64,000 bases of DNA, taken from contig OZ251992.1 of assembly GCA_965246885.1 (NCBI GenBank), positions 2,400,001-2,464,000 on the forward strand, read 5' to 3'. Below, one piece after another: positions 9,324 through 19,084 of the stretch (positions are counted from its first letter, which is position 1; each line of letters begins with the position of its first letter). This stretch comes from Abditibacterium sp. GTDB taxonomy: Bacteria > Armatimonadota > Abditibacteriia > Abditibacteriales > Abditibacteriaceae. The notes under the pieces were generated by a model, which had not been told where the DNA came from, ran no database searches, and was given only the letters and a program-made list of their open reading frames with translations. The position numbers and the translations under genes are program-made.

Positions 9324-12300
9324 ATGAACCGACACGACTTCGACTTCTCCTCTTCGCCCGCCGCTCCCTCCAAGGGAGCGGGGCGCCGCGCCGGAGGTGG
9401 CGCTGGACGGCGGCGCGGCCAAGCGCTCATCCTCGCGGTGCTCATCATGCTGATGATCGCCCTCATCTCCGCCGGGTTCTTAGTCGTCGTGTCCGGCAAC
9501 CTCAACCAAACCGCGCGCGTGGGCGACAAAACCCGCGCCGTCGAAGCCGCCCGTTCCGGTTTGCGCTTTGTCAACGAGCGTCTCACCTATTCTCCCAAGG
9601 GCGAAAATTGGCGCCCCGGCGACGAAACCACCATTCCCGCCGCCAATAACGGCGCTTACAACTTGTATTACACCGCCGTCGACCGCGCCCAAGGCTGGGC
9701 GGGCACTTTCGCCAAGTTCCCCGACCCCCTCGCGCCGCGCACCGACGCCCCCACTTTCCTCGCGCGCGTGCAACGCATCCCCGGCGAACTCGACGCGGGC
9801 GACCCCGACATCGCCGACGCAAGCAAAGCGGGCGCCCTCAAAATCACCGTAATCGGCCTGTCGCCCGACGACCCCGCCGCCTTCCACAAAACCATCGCCT
9901 ACAAAGGTGGCCAAGCCGCCCCCTTGGGCCGCTTCATGCGCACCGTCACCAACTGGGACTTCAAAAACAAAGTCGTCCCGTCGGCCACCGCCGATTACGA
10001 CAACACCAGCCGAATACTGACCCTTTCTAACACCAAAGGCATCTTTCCCCCCGTTCCGTTCCCCATCGTTATTGGCAACGCCGGAAGTCCCGACTTGGGG
10101 AGCGCTGTCGTGGATTCCATTCCCGGCGCTGGCCAATTGCACCTCGCCAGCGACCCGTTCGGCAAAACCCTCACTGTCGCCCGCGTCGAACTGGCCGCGC
10201 AACTGGGCGCCTCTTTACCGGTTGGCGTAGCCAGCACAAGTTCGGCAGTAGATTTCAACCTTAACGGCACAATTGATAGCGGCGAAACCACTACCCTCGC
10301 CGTAAGCGACGTGACCGCAGCCAAAGCTGGAGGCGCGCGCGTTAACGGCGGTTTGGCTTTGACTGGAACCGTTCAACTGCCCGCCTTGGACGCAGGCGCT
10401 GGCGAAACAGTACGAGTTTCCGGCCTCATGGTCGCGCCGGTTGCGAGCGCGCAGGTCAGCGTTTCCACCAGCACCGCACCCGCCACGTTTGCAGGTCTTG
10501 CCAACGGCTCCAATGATTCTACTTTTCCGGGCACGGGCGTATCCATCGACGATGTGAAAGACGGCTCCGACCGCTTGCAAAACAACGCCACCGGCGACCG
10601 CACCGTCGCTCCCTTCACCCCACCCGATATCGCTTCCAGTGCGGGCGTGGGCCGCTATCGCCAACTTACGCGCGATTCGGTTTCCACTGTCGCTGGTCAA
10701 CCTGAAGCCGCCAATTACGGCTATGGCGAGGGCATTTACATCAACAATCCCACCGATCGCGAGCGCATCTACGACGGCACAAAACTGCGCGACATGACGC
10801 AAGCGGAACTGGTGAAGATGTGGCTGTCGCGCAACTCCGATGGAACGGACGACGCAGCCGCGCCGACGACCGACCGGTTTCGTCGCAGCGCCACCCCCGC
10901 TCTTGCGAGCGCGACTGACGCTTCACTCGAACAGCAGCACCTGCGCGGCTGGGTCGGGTCGGACGAGTTCCACGGGCGCGGTGCTTTGGTGGAATTGTTC
11001 AACGGCCCGACCGGAGCGCCGCAAATCGCCATCACCCTTGATTCGCGCTCCGACAACTCCTCGCTATCAACAACCAACGCGCTTGGCCCTGTTGATGCCA
11101 AAGCGTGGCACGATGTAACAACGGGCGCCATTAGGACGGGCGTCTACCGACAGGTTCTCGCATGGCCCACCAACGGCGTCCTCTTCGCCGAAGGCAACAT
11201 CCGCATACGCGGCGAAGTGGCGGGCGCCCCCCGCTCCCTCACGGTAGTTTCGGAAAATAACATCTACATAGACGGCGCACTTGGCATAACGGGCGGCCCC
11301 CAAAAGGTGCTCCTCCTCGCCCGCCGCAACGTCGTGGCAAACCCAACTGCTGCCATTTACCGGCCCGACGTGCAGTCACTGGTCACCCAAAACGTCGCCC
11401 TCACAGCAGGAACGCCTGTGAACCTGCCCGTCGCGGACTCGTCCGACTTCGCCGTCGGCGAAGTCGTCGAAAGCGCCACCAAAGCTGCCCCTACCACCGT
11501 GACCGTTGCCGCCGTCGTGCAAAGCTTGCCCGATAGCACCACCCTCGCCGTCGCACCTCTTTCCAGTGGAAGCGTGGCAAGCAGCGACATCGTGCGCGTG
11601 CGGGCGGACGACGTTCAAAATGGACGCCCAGTGTTAGCTTCGGCAGCCGACGCAGTCCAGCGCATCATCCAGCCCCAGCCAACAGCGGTTCCTCCTGCCA
11701 CTGTCCCGTATCCCAATCTGCGCATCGCGCTTTATCACAACGCCGACCGCGTTCCGGCTGTGACCATCGGAACGCAGGACGCGGGTGGCTTCACCCGACC
11801 GGCCACTGCCTTCGTGCAGTTGTCGAACAACAAAGCGACGGGCGAAACCACTTCTACCGATAAAAAGCTGCAAGGCGACTACTCGCAGCCCACAACCGGG
11901 AGCGATCTATTTCCCACGACGCCGCACTCTTCTGAGTCGGCGGCCAACGGCTACGATTTGACGGCGCTCAAAACGGCGATGGAGGGCACTTCCCACGTTG
12001 CTGATCCCATTGGCTGGGCCTATAAGGTGGGGCTTGCTCCCACCGTTCCGGCCAATCTGCCCGCGTTTTACTTGGCGGGCGTCGGAGCGCGCGGAGACTT
12101 CGGCGCGCCCGTTCCGACGCTCCCAGCCGATTTTCGCCCCGACATTTCCACCACTCCTTACATCGTTCCTCTTGCCACCTCGGTCGCCACCTTTTTGAAC
12201 GGCACTCAGACGGCCTTGCCCTCGTTCGATGCGCCCACTGGAACGGCCATGACCTTTGGTTTCTCTCCGTTGTTCCTCACAACCAACGAGGACACGCGCA

Positions 12301-13064
12301 CCAACGAGCAGAGCTTCTATCAGGGCACAACTTCTGGAGTGGGTATTCCTGATGCCGCGACGAATAACGCCACGCTCGATTCGCGCTCCCTTGCGGGCGC
12401 CGTAGCCGGTGCTAACACGCTGGTGTTGCGGCCAAGTACAGGGGTGGTGGCTGGCGTGACACTGCCTACTTATCGCGCGGGCAACCTCAAATTGGAATCG
12501 GTGGATGCCACTTCTGGCGACATCAAACCGGGCTATGCGCTGAACATCCGCGCCTTCGTTTACGCACAGACCGGCTCGTGGTTCGTCATCCCCGCTGCGC
12601 CCGCTGACCCACTCGTGCGCGACGTGTTGAAACTGCGCGGCGACGCGACCAAGTCGTATTTCGACTTCAACAATAACGGTGCCGCCGATCCGGGCGAGTA
12701 TGTAGACGTAGACAACAGTGGTGTTTTCAAGGCGGGCGACTGCGCCGATTTGAATCGCAACGGCTCCTGTGACGCGGGAGAAGCGAGCGCCTTTTTGCGC
12801 TACGCGCGCGCCAACTACAGCATCAACTTTGTGGGCGCCATCGCCGAAAATCAGACGGCCCTCGTCAACGCGGCAGGTAATTTTCCCGGTGCTGTGCAAG
12901 CGTGGTCGAACTCGTGGGCCAACTACAACGCAAGCGGCGGTAATCTGTCTAACAAAAATGCTGGGGTGGTTTATACCTTTGACCCGGATTATGCGAATAA
13001 CCCAGCTGCGATGGATGCCGGGTTTGTGATGCCCCAGAGTGACGAACTGACCTACGTCGAGTAA
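9324..13064 (+). CDS. Giant PilX/GspK-like protein with Ca-binding-like DxNxxG motifs
   Basis: RRRG/QALILAVLIML lacking Glu5; AVEAARSGL; DFNLNG, DFNNNG, DVDNSG, DLNRNG motifs. Confidence 0.8.
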   Translation: MNRHDFDFSSSPAAPSKGAGRRAGGGAGRRRGQALILAVLIMLMIALISAGFLVVVSGNLNQTARVGDKTRAVEAARSGLRFVNERLTYSPKGENWRPGDETTIPAANNGAYNLYYTAVDRAQGWAGTFAKFPDPLAPRTDAPTFLARVQRIPGELDAGDPDIADASKAGALKITVIGLSPDDPAAFHKTIAYKGGQAAPLGRFMRTVTNWDFKNKVVPSATADYDNTSRILTLSNTKGIFPPVPFPIVIGNAGSPDLGSAVVDSIPGAGQLHLASDPFGKTLTVARVELAAQLGASLPVGVASTSSAVDFNLNGTIDSGETTTLAVSDVTAAKAGGARVNGGLALTGTVQLPALDAGAGETVRVSGLMVAPVASAQVSVSTSTAPATFAGLANGSNDSTFPGTGVSIDDVKDGSDRLQNNATGDRTVAPFTPPDIASSAGVGRYRQLTRDSVSTVAGQPEAANYGYGEGIYINNPTDRERIYDGTKLRDMTQAELVKMWLSRNSDGTDDAAAPTTDRFRRSATPALASATDASLEQQHLRGWVGSDEFHGRGALVELFNGPTGAPQIAITLDSRSDNSSLSTTNALGPVDAKAWHDVTTGAIRTGVYRQVLAWPTNGVLFAEGNIRIRGEVAGAPRSLTVVSENNIYIDGALGITGGPQKVLLLARRNVVANPTAAIYRPDVQSLVTQNVALTAGTPVNLPVADSSDFAVGEVVESATKAAPTTVTVAAVVQSLPDSTTLAVAPLSSGSVASSDIVRVRADDVQNGRPVLASAADAVQRIIQPQPTAVPPATVPYPNLRIALYHNADRVPAVTIGTQDAGGFTRPATAFVQLSNNKATGETTSTDKKLQGDYSQPTTGSDLFPTTPHSSESAANGYDLTALKTAMEGTSHVADPIGWAYKVGLAPTVPANLPAFYLAGVGARGDFGAPVPTLPADFRPDISTTPYIVPLATSVATFLNGTQTALPSFDAPTGTAMTFGFSPLFLTTNEDTRTNEQSFYQGTTSGVGIPDAATNNATLDSRSLAGAVAGANTLVLRPSTGVVAGVTLPTYRAGNLKLESVDATSGDIKPGYALNIRAFVYAQTGSWFVIPAAPADPLVRDVLKLRGDATKSYFDFNNNGAADPGEYVDVDNSGVFKAGDCADLNRNGSCDAGEASAFLRYARANYSINFVGAIAENQTALVNAAGNFPGAVQAWSNSWANYNASGGNLSNKNAGVVYTFDPDYANNPAAMDAGFVMPQSDELTYVE

Positions 13065-13116
13065 AGAGGGGGGACGGCGGACAGTTCGCGCGTGCTTGCC
13101 GGTGAGTGGCGCGGTC

Positions 13117-13231
13117 GCGTGACTCATCGGCGCAGAAGTGTGATCCATCGGCAGGCACGCGTGACTCATCGGCGCGTACGCGTCGTTGAAAGAATTAGCT
13201 GGGCCGACGGAAGATTTAGGCGCCTCCATCG
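13117..13231. repeat. Degenerate 21-bp-period tandem repeat (two sub-families)
   Basis: GCGTGACTCATCGGCGCAGAA / GTGTGATCCATCGGCAGGCAC / GCGTGACTCATCGGCGCGTAC, then AAGAATTAGCTGGGCCGACGG / AAGATTTAGGCGCCTCCATCG. Confidence 0.75.
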
Positions 13232-13258
13232 TTCACCGGGCTAATTTGGCGACTGGTT

Positions 13259-14710
13259 TTAGTATTTGCGGCGCAGGCGTTCGGACAGCGTCAGGCGGGC
13301 TTGGGGCGAGAGGAGCGAGGAGCGGATGGCGAGTTGGTCGGTGACTTCTTTGCGGCGCTCGGTGCTGGGACTCCACACGTACGCTTGGACAGGCACAGAG
13401 AAACCTTTGATTTTGACATGCACCGGGTCGAGGGTGTGGAGCATATCGGGCGGCAGGTCGCGCATGGTTTCTTCGCTCATCATGATGGCTTGGGGCGGCG
13501 CGCTTGACTGCATGCGTTGCGCGAAGTTGACGGCCTCGCCGAGTACCGTGCGTTGGCGATACTCCGAAACGCCGAGGTTGGCAAGCGTCACTTCGCCGGT
13601 ATTGAGGCCGACGCGGACTTCGATGGGCAGGGTAAAGTTGCCGCTCACGCGAACAGTGCGCGATTCCAAGACCATCTTTTTGGCTGCCTGAAACGCTTCG
13701 GCGGGTTCGCGAAAGTAAGCGAGCATGGCGTCGCCGATAAACTTGTCTATGGTGCCGCCGTGTGCGCGAACGATGTTATACAAGCGCGCGAAGTGGTCGT
13801 TCAAAAGGGAGGCAACATCCTTCGGCATGAGGCGCGTTGACATTTTGGTAAAGCCGACCAAGTCGCAGAAGCAGATGGTCAGCTTCTCGCGCTCCTTGTC
13901 GGCGACATTGTCGTCACCGGCGCGCATGGCGTCTTGCACCTCGCTCCACGTTTTGCCGCCGACGTAGCCGCGCACCATAATCTCGAACTTTTCGGCTTCT
14001 TCGCGCGCCAGTTCGAGGTCTATCTTGACGCGCACGAGTTCATCGGCGCGCGAACGGGCGTTAAGGCGTTGCCCTTCCAACTCTTCGAGCAGGCGGCGTC
14101 CCAAGCGCGCGCCCCACGAGAGTTGCAGGTCGTGGTCAAGCCAGCGCTTGCCCATCGGCTGTAACTTAAGCAACGCCGCCAAGCGGCCTGCCGCGATTTC
14201 GGTTGCGTCGGCGCGCGTGGACAAGAACCCCTCGAAGTAGCGGGTTTCAAAGGGGTTGGAAGGGTCGAGGTAGCCGCCCTCGCGGGCAAGGAGCGCCGCG
14301 CCGAACGATTGGGCTTCGATTACGATGCCGCGCTCTTGCTCGAAGGGCGATCCGTTGGGAACCGCGACGGGCACCACGCCCGCGATATTCCAGTTGGCAT
14401 CGGGCGCGCCAAAGACCCACACGTCGCACACTTTGGCGAGGTTTTCGAGAGCATCGGCTTCGACCAAGGCTTCGCTCCATGACCCCCATATGCAAAAAAT
14501 GCGCGCCCGCTCTCCGGTGCGCTGGGCGCAGTGGAGCGCCATACTTTGCGCTTCCCGCCGCAATTCACGCACTGTTTCCGGCAAATAAAGGTTTAGTCCG
14601 CCGTCGTCACCCCAAAGCTGCGCTTCGTCCTGCGCGACCGCAAGCGCGATGTCGAACAAACCAAATTGGCTCAGCGACAAGTGCGGGTCTTTGGGGAACG
14701 GAGCGTCCAT
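13259..14710 (-). CDS. Class III adenylate cyclase with N-terminal DICT-like sensor
   Basis: CFCDLVGFT, DKFIGDA, TVLGEAVNFAQRMQ; N-terminal LAKVCDVWVFGAPD..YFEGF resembles DICT. Confidence 0.85.
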   Translation of the reverse strand: MDAPFPKDPHLSLSQFGLFDIALAVAQDEAQLWGDDGGLNLYLPETVRELRREAQSMALHCAQRTGERARIFCIWGSWSEALVEADALENLAKVCDVWVFGAPDANWNIAGVVPVAVPNGSPFEQERGIVIEAQSFGAALLAREGGYLDPSNPFETRYFEGFLSTRADATEIAAGRLAALLKLQPMGKRWLDHDLQLSWGARLGRRLLEELEGQRLNARSRADELVRVKIDLELAREEAEKFEIMVRGYVGGKTWSEVQDAMRAGDDNVADKEREKLTICFCDLVGFTKMSTRLMPKDVASLLNDHFARLYNIVRAHGGTIDKFIGDAMLAYFREPAEAFQAAKKMVLESRTVRVSGNFTLPIEVRVGLNTGEVTLANLGVSEYRQRTVLGEAVNFAQRMQSSAPPQAIMMSEETMRDLPPDMLHTLDPVHVKIKGFSVPVQAYVWSPSTERRKEVTDQLAIRSSLLSPQARLTLSERLRRKY

Positions 14711-14798
14711 AACAATAAGAAGCGGCGCGATGCGTCGGGTTAAGCCCTATAGCATCAATTTCGCCCAAGGCGCGAACCGCTTATAACTCAAGTGTTCC

Positions 14799-16706
14799 AT
14801 GATTCAAGTCACTTTTCCCGACGGCAACTCCCGTTCTTTTGAAGACGGCGCATCGCCGCTCGCCATTGCCCAATCTATCGGCGCCCGCTTGGGAGCCGCC
14901 GTGTTAGCCGCGCACGTGAACGACCAGCCTTGGGACTTGACGCGCGCCCTCGAAGGCGATGCCTCGCTGCGCTTGTTCACGTTCAATGATGCCGAGGGCC
15001 GCGAGGTCTATCGCCACTCCTCGACGCACCTCATGGCCCAAGCGGTCAAGGCGCTGTTCCCAGACGCGTTGCTGACGGTCGGCCCGCCGTTGGAGGACAA
15101 GTTCTACTACGACATCGAACTGCCCGGTTTGGGCGAGGCGGACTTTCCAGCCATCGAAGCCAAGATGCGCGAGTTCGCCGACGCCGATTTGCCCATCGTC
15201 CGCGAGGAAATAACCCGCGAGGAAGCCGCGCGCTTGTTCGCCGACGACCATTATAAGTTGGAAGTGTTGGCCGATATTCCGGCAGATGCGCCGATTACCA
15301 TCTACAAGCAGGGCGACTGGTTTGACCTGTGTCGCGGGCCGCACTTGCCTTCGACGGGCCGGATAAAGGCGTTCAAACTGCTGTCGGTCGCGGGCGCATT
15401 TTGGAAGGGCGACGCCAAAAACGCGCAACTCGCACGGCTGTATGGCACGTCGTTCCCGTCCCAGAAGGAGTTGGACGAACACATGGCGCGGCTCGAAGAA
15501 GCCAAGGCGCGCGACCACCGCAAATTGGGGCGCGAGTTGGGCTTGTTTGTGATGTCCGCCGATGTTGGGCCGGGGCTACCGCTTTGGACGCCCAAGGGAA
15601 CGCAGTTGCGTTACAACCTCGAAAGTTTCATTCGGACGGAGTTGGTCAAGCGGGGGTATCAGATGGTGGTCACGCCACATATCGCCTCGACCGAACTGTT
15701 CAAGAAGTCGGGGCACATCCCGGCGTATCAGGGTTCGATGTTCCCGATTATGCGAAACGAGGACGGCGACGAGTTCGCGCTCAAGCCCGTCAACTGCCCG
15801 TTCCATATCGCCATGTTCGCGTCGTCGCCGCGCTCTTACCGCGAACTTCCCCTCCGCTACGCGGAGTTTGGCACAGTTTACCGGTGGGAACTGAGCGGCG
15901 AAGTGGGGGGCCTGACGCGCGTGCGCGGCTTCACGCAGGACGACGCGCACATCTTTTTGCGCGCCGATCAGTTGGTCGAGGAGTTCAAGCAGCAGGTGGA
16001 CTTGGTGCTGCTGGTGCTTAACCGCTTGGGTTTGAGTTTCACGGCGCGCGTGGGCTTGCGCGACCCGGATGGGGATAAATCCATCGGGTCGGATGAAGCA
16101 TGGGCCGAATCCGAGGCGTCACTGCTCCAAGCCGTGCAGGAGATGGGCATGGAGCATACCGTCGCCGAAGGAGAAGGCGCCATTTACGGCCCGAAACTCG
16201 ACTTCATCGTGTCGGACGCGATAGGCCGCCAGTGGCAACTGGGGACGGTGCAGGTGGATTATGTGTTGCCCGAACGCTTCGGTCTGGAATATACCGGACA
16301 AGACGGCAAAAAGCACCGCCCCGTGATGATCCACCGCGCGCCGTTTGGGTCGTTGGAGCGCTTCACGGGCGTGCTCATCGAGCACTTTGCGGGCGCGTTC
16401 CCGCTTTGGCTGGCGCCCACGCAAATCCAGATACTGCCCATCGCCGACCGTCATCACGAGTGGGCGCTCGCGGTGGCCAAGCGGCTGGGCGATGAGGGTT
16501 TCCGCGTCGAAACGAACTTCGACAACGAGAAAGTGGGCGCGAAAATCGCCGTCGCAGAAGCGCAGAAGGTGCCTTACATGGCGGTCGTGGGCGACAAGGA
16601 AGTGGAGGCCCAATCGGTTGCCTTGCGCGCACGGGGCAAGAAGGACTTGGGCGTGGTGGGGATAGATGCGCTCGTGGAGCGTCTGCGGGCGGAAGAAGCG
16701 CAATAA
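14799..16706 (+). CDS. thrS: Threonine--tRNA ligase
   Basis: TGS domain, HSSTHLMAQA, DLCRGPH, RDHRKLG, KPVNCPFH, IHRAPFGSLERF. Confidence 0.98.
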   Translation: MIQVTFPDGNSRSFEDGASPLAIAQSIGARLGAAVLAAHVNDQPWDLTRALEGDASLRLFTFNDAEGREVYRHSSTHLMAQAVKALFPDALLTVGPPLEDKFYYDIELPGLGEADFPAIEAKMREFADADLPIVREEITREEAARLFADDHYKLEVLADIPADAPITIYKQGDWFDLCRGPHLPSTGRIKAFKLLSVAGAFWKGDAKNAQLARLYGTSFPSQKELDEHMARLEEAKARDHRKLGRELGLFVMSADVGPGLPLWTPKGTQLRYNLESFIRTELVKRGYQMVVTPHIASTELFKKSGHIPAYQGSMFPIMRNEDGDEFALKPVNCPFHIAMFASSPRSYRELPLRYAEFGTVYRWELSGEVGGLTRVRGFTQDDAHIFLRADQLVEEFKQQVDLVLLVLNRLGLSFTARVGLRDPDGDKSIGSDEAWAESEASLLQAVQEMGMEHTVAEGEGAIYGPKLDFIVSDAIGRQWQLGTVQVDYVLPERFGLEYTGQDGKKHRPVMIHRAPFGSLERFTGVLIEHFAGAFPLWLAPTQIQILPIADRHHEWALAVAKRLGDEGFRVETNFDNEKVGAKIAVAEAQKVPYMAVVGDKEVEAQSVALRARGKKDLGVVGIDALVERLRAEEAQ

Positions 16707-16708
16707 GG

Positions 16709-16772
16709 AACCCAGAGCGTGAGCGACGGGCTTTTCGCTACACAGACGCCCGTCGCTCGCGCTCTGGGTTTT
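16709..16772 (+). terminator. Long inverted repeat/terminator after thrS
   Basis: 23-bp arms AACCCAGAGCGTGAGCGACGGGC / GCCCGTCGCTCGCGCTCTGGGTT running into a T-tract. Confidence 0.7.
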
Positions 16773-16823
16773 TAATTGGTTGCGGCATACTATGGCCGTG
16801 AATTTTTTTGAGGTGGTGCGTTT

Positions 16824-17561
16824 ATAGCACTTCGTCGCAACACACGGCGTCCCGACAATCGGCGGGAATTTCCGATGATCAACGACCGCATTCGCGTCCC
16901 GCAAGTGCGCGTTGTGGATCAAGACAACAATCAGATCGGCATCATGCCCACGCGCGAGGCCATTGACATGGCGCGCGATAAGGGCCTCGATCTGGTTTTG
17001 GTGGCCGCCCAAGCGCAGCCGCCAGTCTGCCGCATCATTTCCTACGGCAAGTGGAAATACGAGCAGTCCAAGAAAGACTCCAAGCCCAAGGGCAAAGAAC
17101 TGAAGATGGTGCGCCTGCATCCGCGCACCGGCCCGCACGACCGCGACATTCTCATCCGCAACTGCGACCGCTTCTTGCGCGACGGGCACAAAGTCCGCGT
17201 CCTCTGTCAGTTCAAGGGCCGCGAAAACGCTTACCCGGAGCTTGGCAAAGCGCAAATGGACGCCATCGCGGAGGCTCTGGTGGAAAGCGGGGGTGTTGAG
17301 GGCGTCGTCACCAAGCAGGGCCGCGACATGACGATGATGCTTGTGCCCAAACCCGGTGTCAAGCCCTTACCCAAAGGCTCCAAGGCCGACAAAGCGGCGC
17401 TGGCCGAAGAAGAAGCCTTCGCCAAACAGCAAGCGGATTTGGCCGCCGAAGCCGCAGCCGAGGCCCTCGCGGCGGGCGAAACCCCCGTTATCGAAGCCGA
17501 AGAGGATGTCGAGGAAGGGGACGACGCGGGCGAGGAAGCAACCGAAACGGACGAGGCCTAA
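16824..17561 (+). CDS. infC: Translation initiation factor IF-3, probable ATA start, acidic C-terminal tail
   Basis: INDRIRVPQVRVV, LDLVLVA..PPVCRI..GKWKYE, FKGRE; GAGGTG SD before in-frame ATA at 16824 (first ATG at 16875). Confidence 0.95.
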   Translation: MALRRNTRRPDNRREFPMINDRIRVPQVRVVDQDNNQIGIMPTREAIDMARDKGLDLVLVAAQAQPPVCRIISYGKWKYEQSKKDSKPKGKELKMVRLHPRTGPHDRDILIRNCDRFLRDGHKVRVLCQFKGRENAYPELGKAQMDAIAEALVESGGVEGVVTKQGRDMTMMLVPKPGVKPLPKGSKADKAALAEEEAFAKQQADLAAEAAAEALAAGETPVIEAEEDVEEGDDAGEEATETDEA

Positions 17562-17572
17562 AGCGCTTCGTC

Positions 17573-19084
17573 CTACGGCACTGCGACGCTTGCCGTCGCC
17601 AGTGTCGTGGCGCTTCCGAGCGCAGTTTGCTGCTCGACCGTCACTTGCACCGTGTCCCCTGACATGGGCGCAAGGGGCGCGAGCGGAATGGAGACTGGCT
17701 GCTTGGGAGTGAGGTTGCCCATCCAGAGCATTTTCGCCGCGTCCGCTTTGCCCGCGATTTTTCCCGTCACGCGCGCGCCGGTTACGGGGTGCTCGACGGA
17801 CAGTGTGATGTGAAGCGGCGCGGGCGGGCTGCTTTTTACCAAAGCCGTTCGCTCCCGTGCGGCCAAAGCGTTGGCACTTTTTGCGGCAAAGCGGCTTGTG
17901 GGGCGGGCGGCGCCGCGCAGGATGGCGCCCGCTTGGGGTTGGGCAAGGGCGGGCGCATTGCCGGGAAGCCCTGCCGCCGAATCCATCGCGGCGCCGTTGG
18001 CATCCGGCTGGGAGCCTGCCATCGCGCCGTTGCGGGCGAAGGCTCCCCCACCTGACGCGGATGGCGCCACGTCTTGCGCCGCTTCTGGCGCGGGGGCCGG
18101 AAGTGGCGGAGCGAGAGCGGGCGACGATTCCACCGCGTCCATGCGTCCCGCCGTTGCCGCGACTGGCGCGGTTTCGAGGGCGACCCGCAACCCCAACGTC
18201 CGGCCCGTCGGCGCCTCAAGTTTCGCCGCGAGGCGAGGCTCTGTCGGCATTTGCAAGCGCGGCGCCGGGGGTTTCATCGCGCCGGACAGCGGTGCAGGGA
18301 AGCTCGACGCGGGGTGCGGCTGGGGCGCGGGCGGCGATAGCTTGGGCGGCGCGGCTTTACGCATGCGGTGCGGCGCTGGCGCGGCGCGGGGCGGCGGCGC
18401 TTCAACCCGAAGCGGCGCTTGCGGCGGCGGCGCCATCACCGGCGGGATGGGCGCCACAAATGGTTGCGGCGCGGGAGCAATTTTCGGGAGCGGGGCCGAT
18501 GGCTTGGAAGCGGACGCCGCCGTTTTCGGCGCGGGCGCGGCAGGTTTCGGGGCGGGTGGTGCCGCTTTGGGGGCGGCGTTCTTCTGCGGCATGGCGCCGT
18601 CCGCCGTTTGCGGCTGGGGCGCGACTTTGGCGGCGGGCGCGGCGTCCTGCTGTGCGCTGACGGAAGATGGGATGGGCGCTTGCGCGCGCTCCATCAGGAA
18701 CGGGCGCGCGACGAGAAAGAGCAGCGCCGCCGACGCGACGGCGCCGCCCGTCCACGCCCAGCGTCCAAACGCCCGACTGCGGGCCGGGGGAAGCGGCGCG
18801 GAAGTTTCGCGCTCCAAAGCGCGGCGGACATTGGCCCGAAGTGCGGCGGGAACGGCGGGCGGTGGTGGGGCGGGGGCCATCAGCGCGAGGCGAACTTCCA
18901 CATGCGCGCGAAGCTGCGCCGCGCAGTCAGGACAGTCGCGCGCGACTTCTTCGAGCATCAGTGCCGCTTGCGCGCGCGCCCACTCGCCCGATTCGCCGCG
19001 CTGCAAGGGCGCGCGCAGGTCGTCGATTCGCTCGTCGAGCCGTTCTTGGCACTGGGGGTAGTTCATCGCGGTCTTAACCATCAC
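17573..19084 (-). CDS. Putative anti-sigma factor (CxxC, one TM, Pro/Ala-rich extracytoplasmic region)
   Basis: QCQERL..RDCPDCAAQL, TM WAWTGGAVASAALLFLVA; overlaps ECF sigma stop. Confidence 0.7.
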   Translation of the reverse strand: MMVKTAMNYPQCQERLDERIDDLRAPLQRGESGEWARAQAALMLEEVARDCPDCAAQLRAHVEVRLALMAPAPPPPAVPAALRANVRRALERETSAPLPPARSRAFGRWAWTGGAVASAALLFLVARPFLMERAQAPIPSSVSAQQDAAPAAKVAPQPQTADGAMPQKNAAPKAAPPAPKPAAPAPKTAASASKPSAPLPKIAPAPQPFVAPIPPVMAPPPQAPLRVEAPPPRAAPAPHRMRKAAPPKLSPPAPQPHPASSFPAPLSGAMKPPAPRLQMPTEPRLAAKLEAPTGRTLGLRVALETAPVAATAGRMDAVESSPALAPPLPAPAPEAAQDVAPSASGGGAFARNGAMAGSQPDANGAAMDSAAGLPGNAPALAQPQAGAILRGAARPTSRFAAKSANALAARERTALVKSSPPAPLHITLSVEHPVTGARVTGKIAGKADAAKMLWMGNLTPKQPVSIPLAPLAPMSGDTVQVTVEQQTALGSATTLATASVAVP

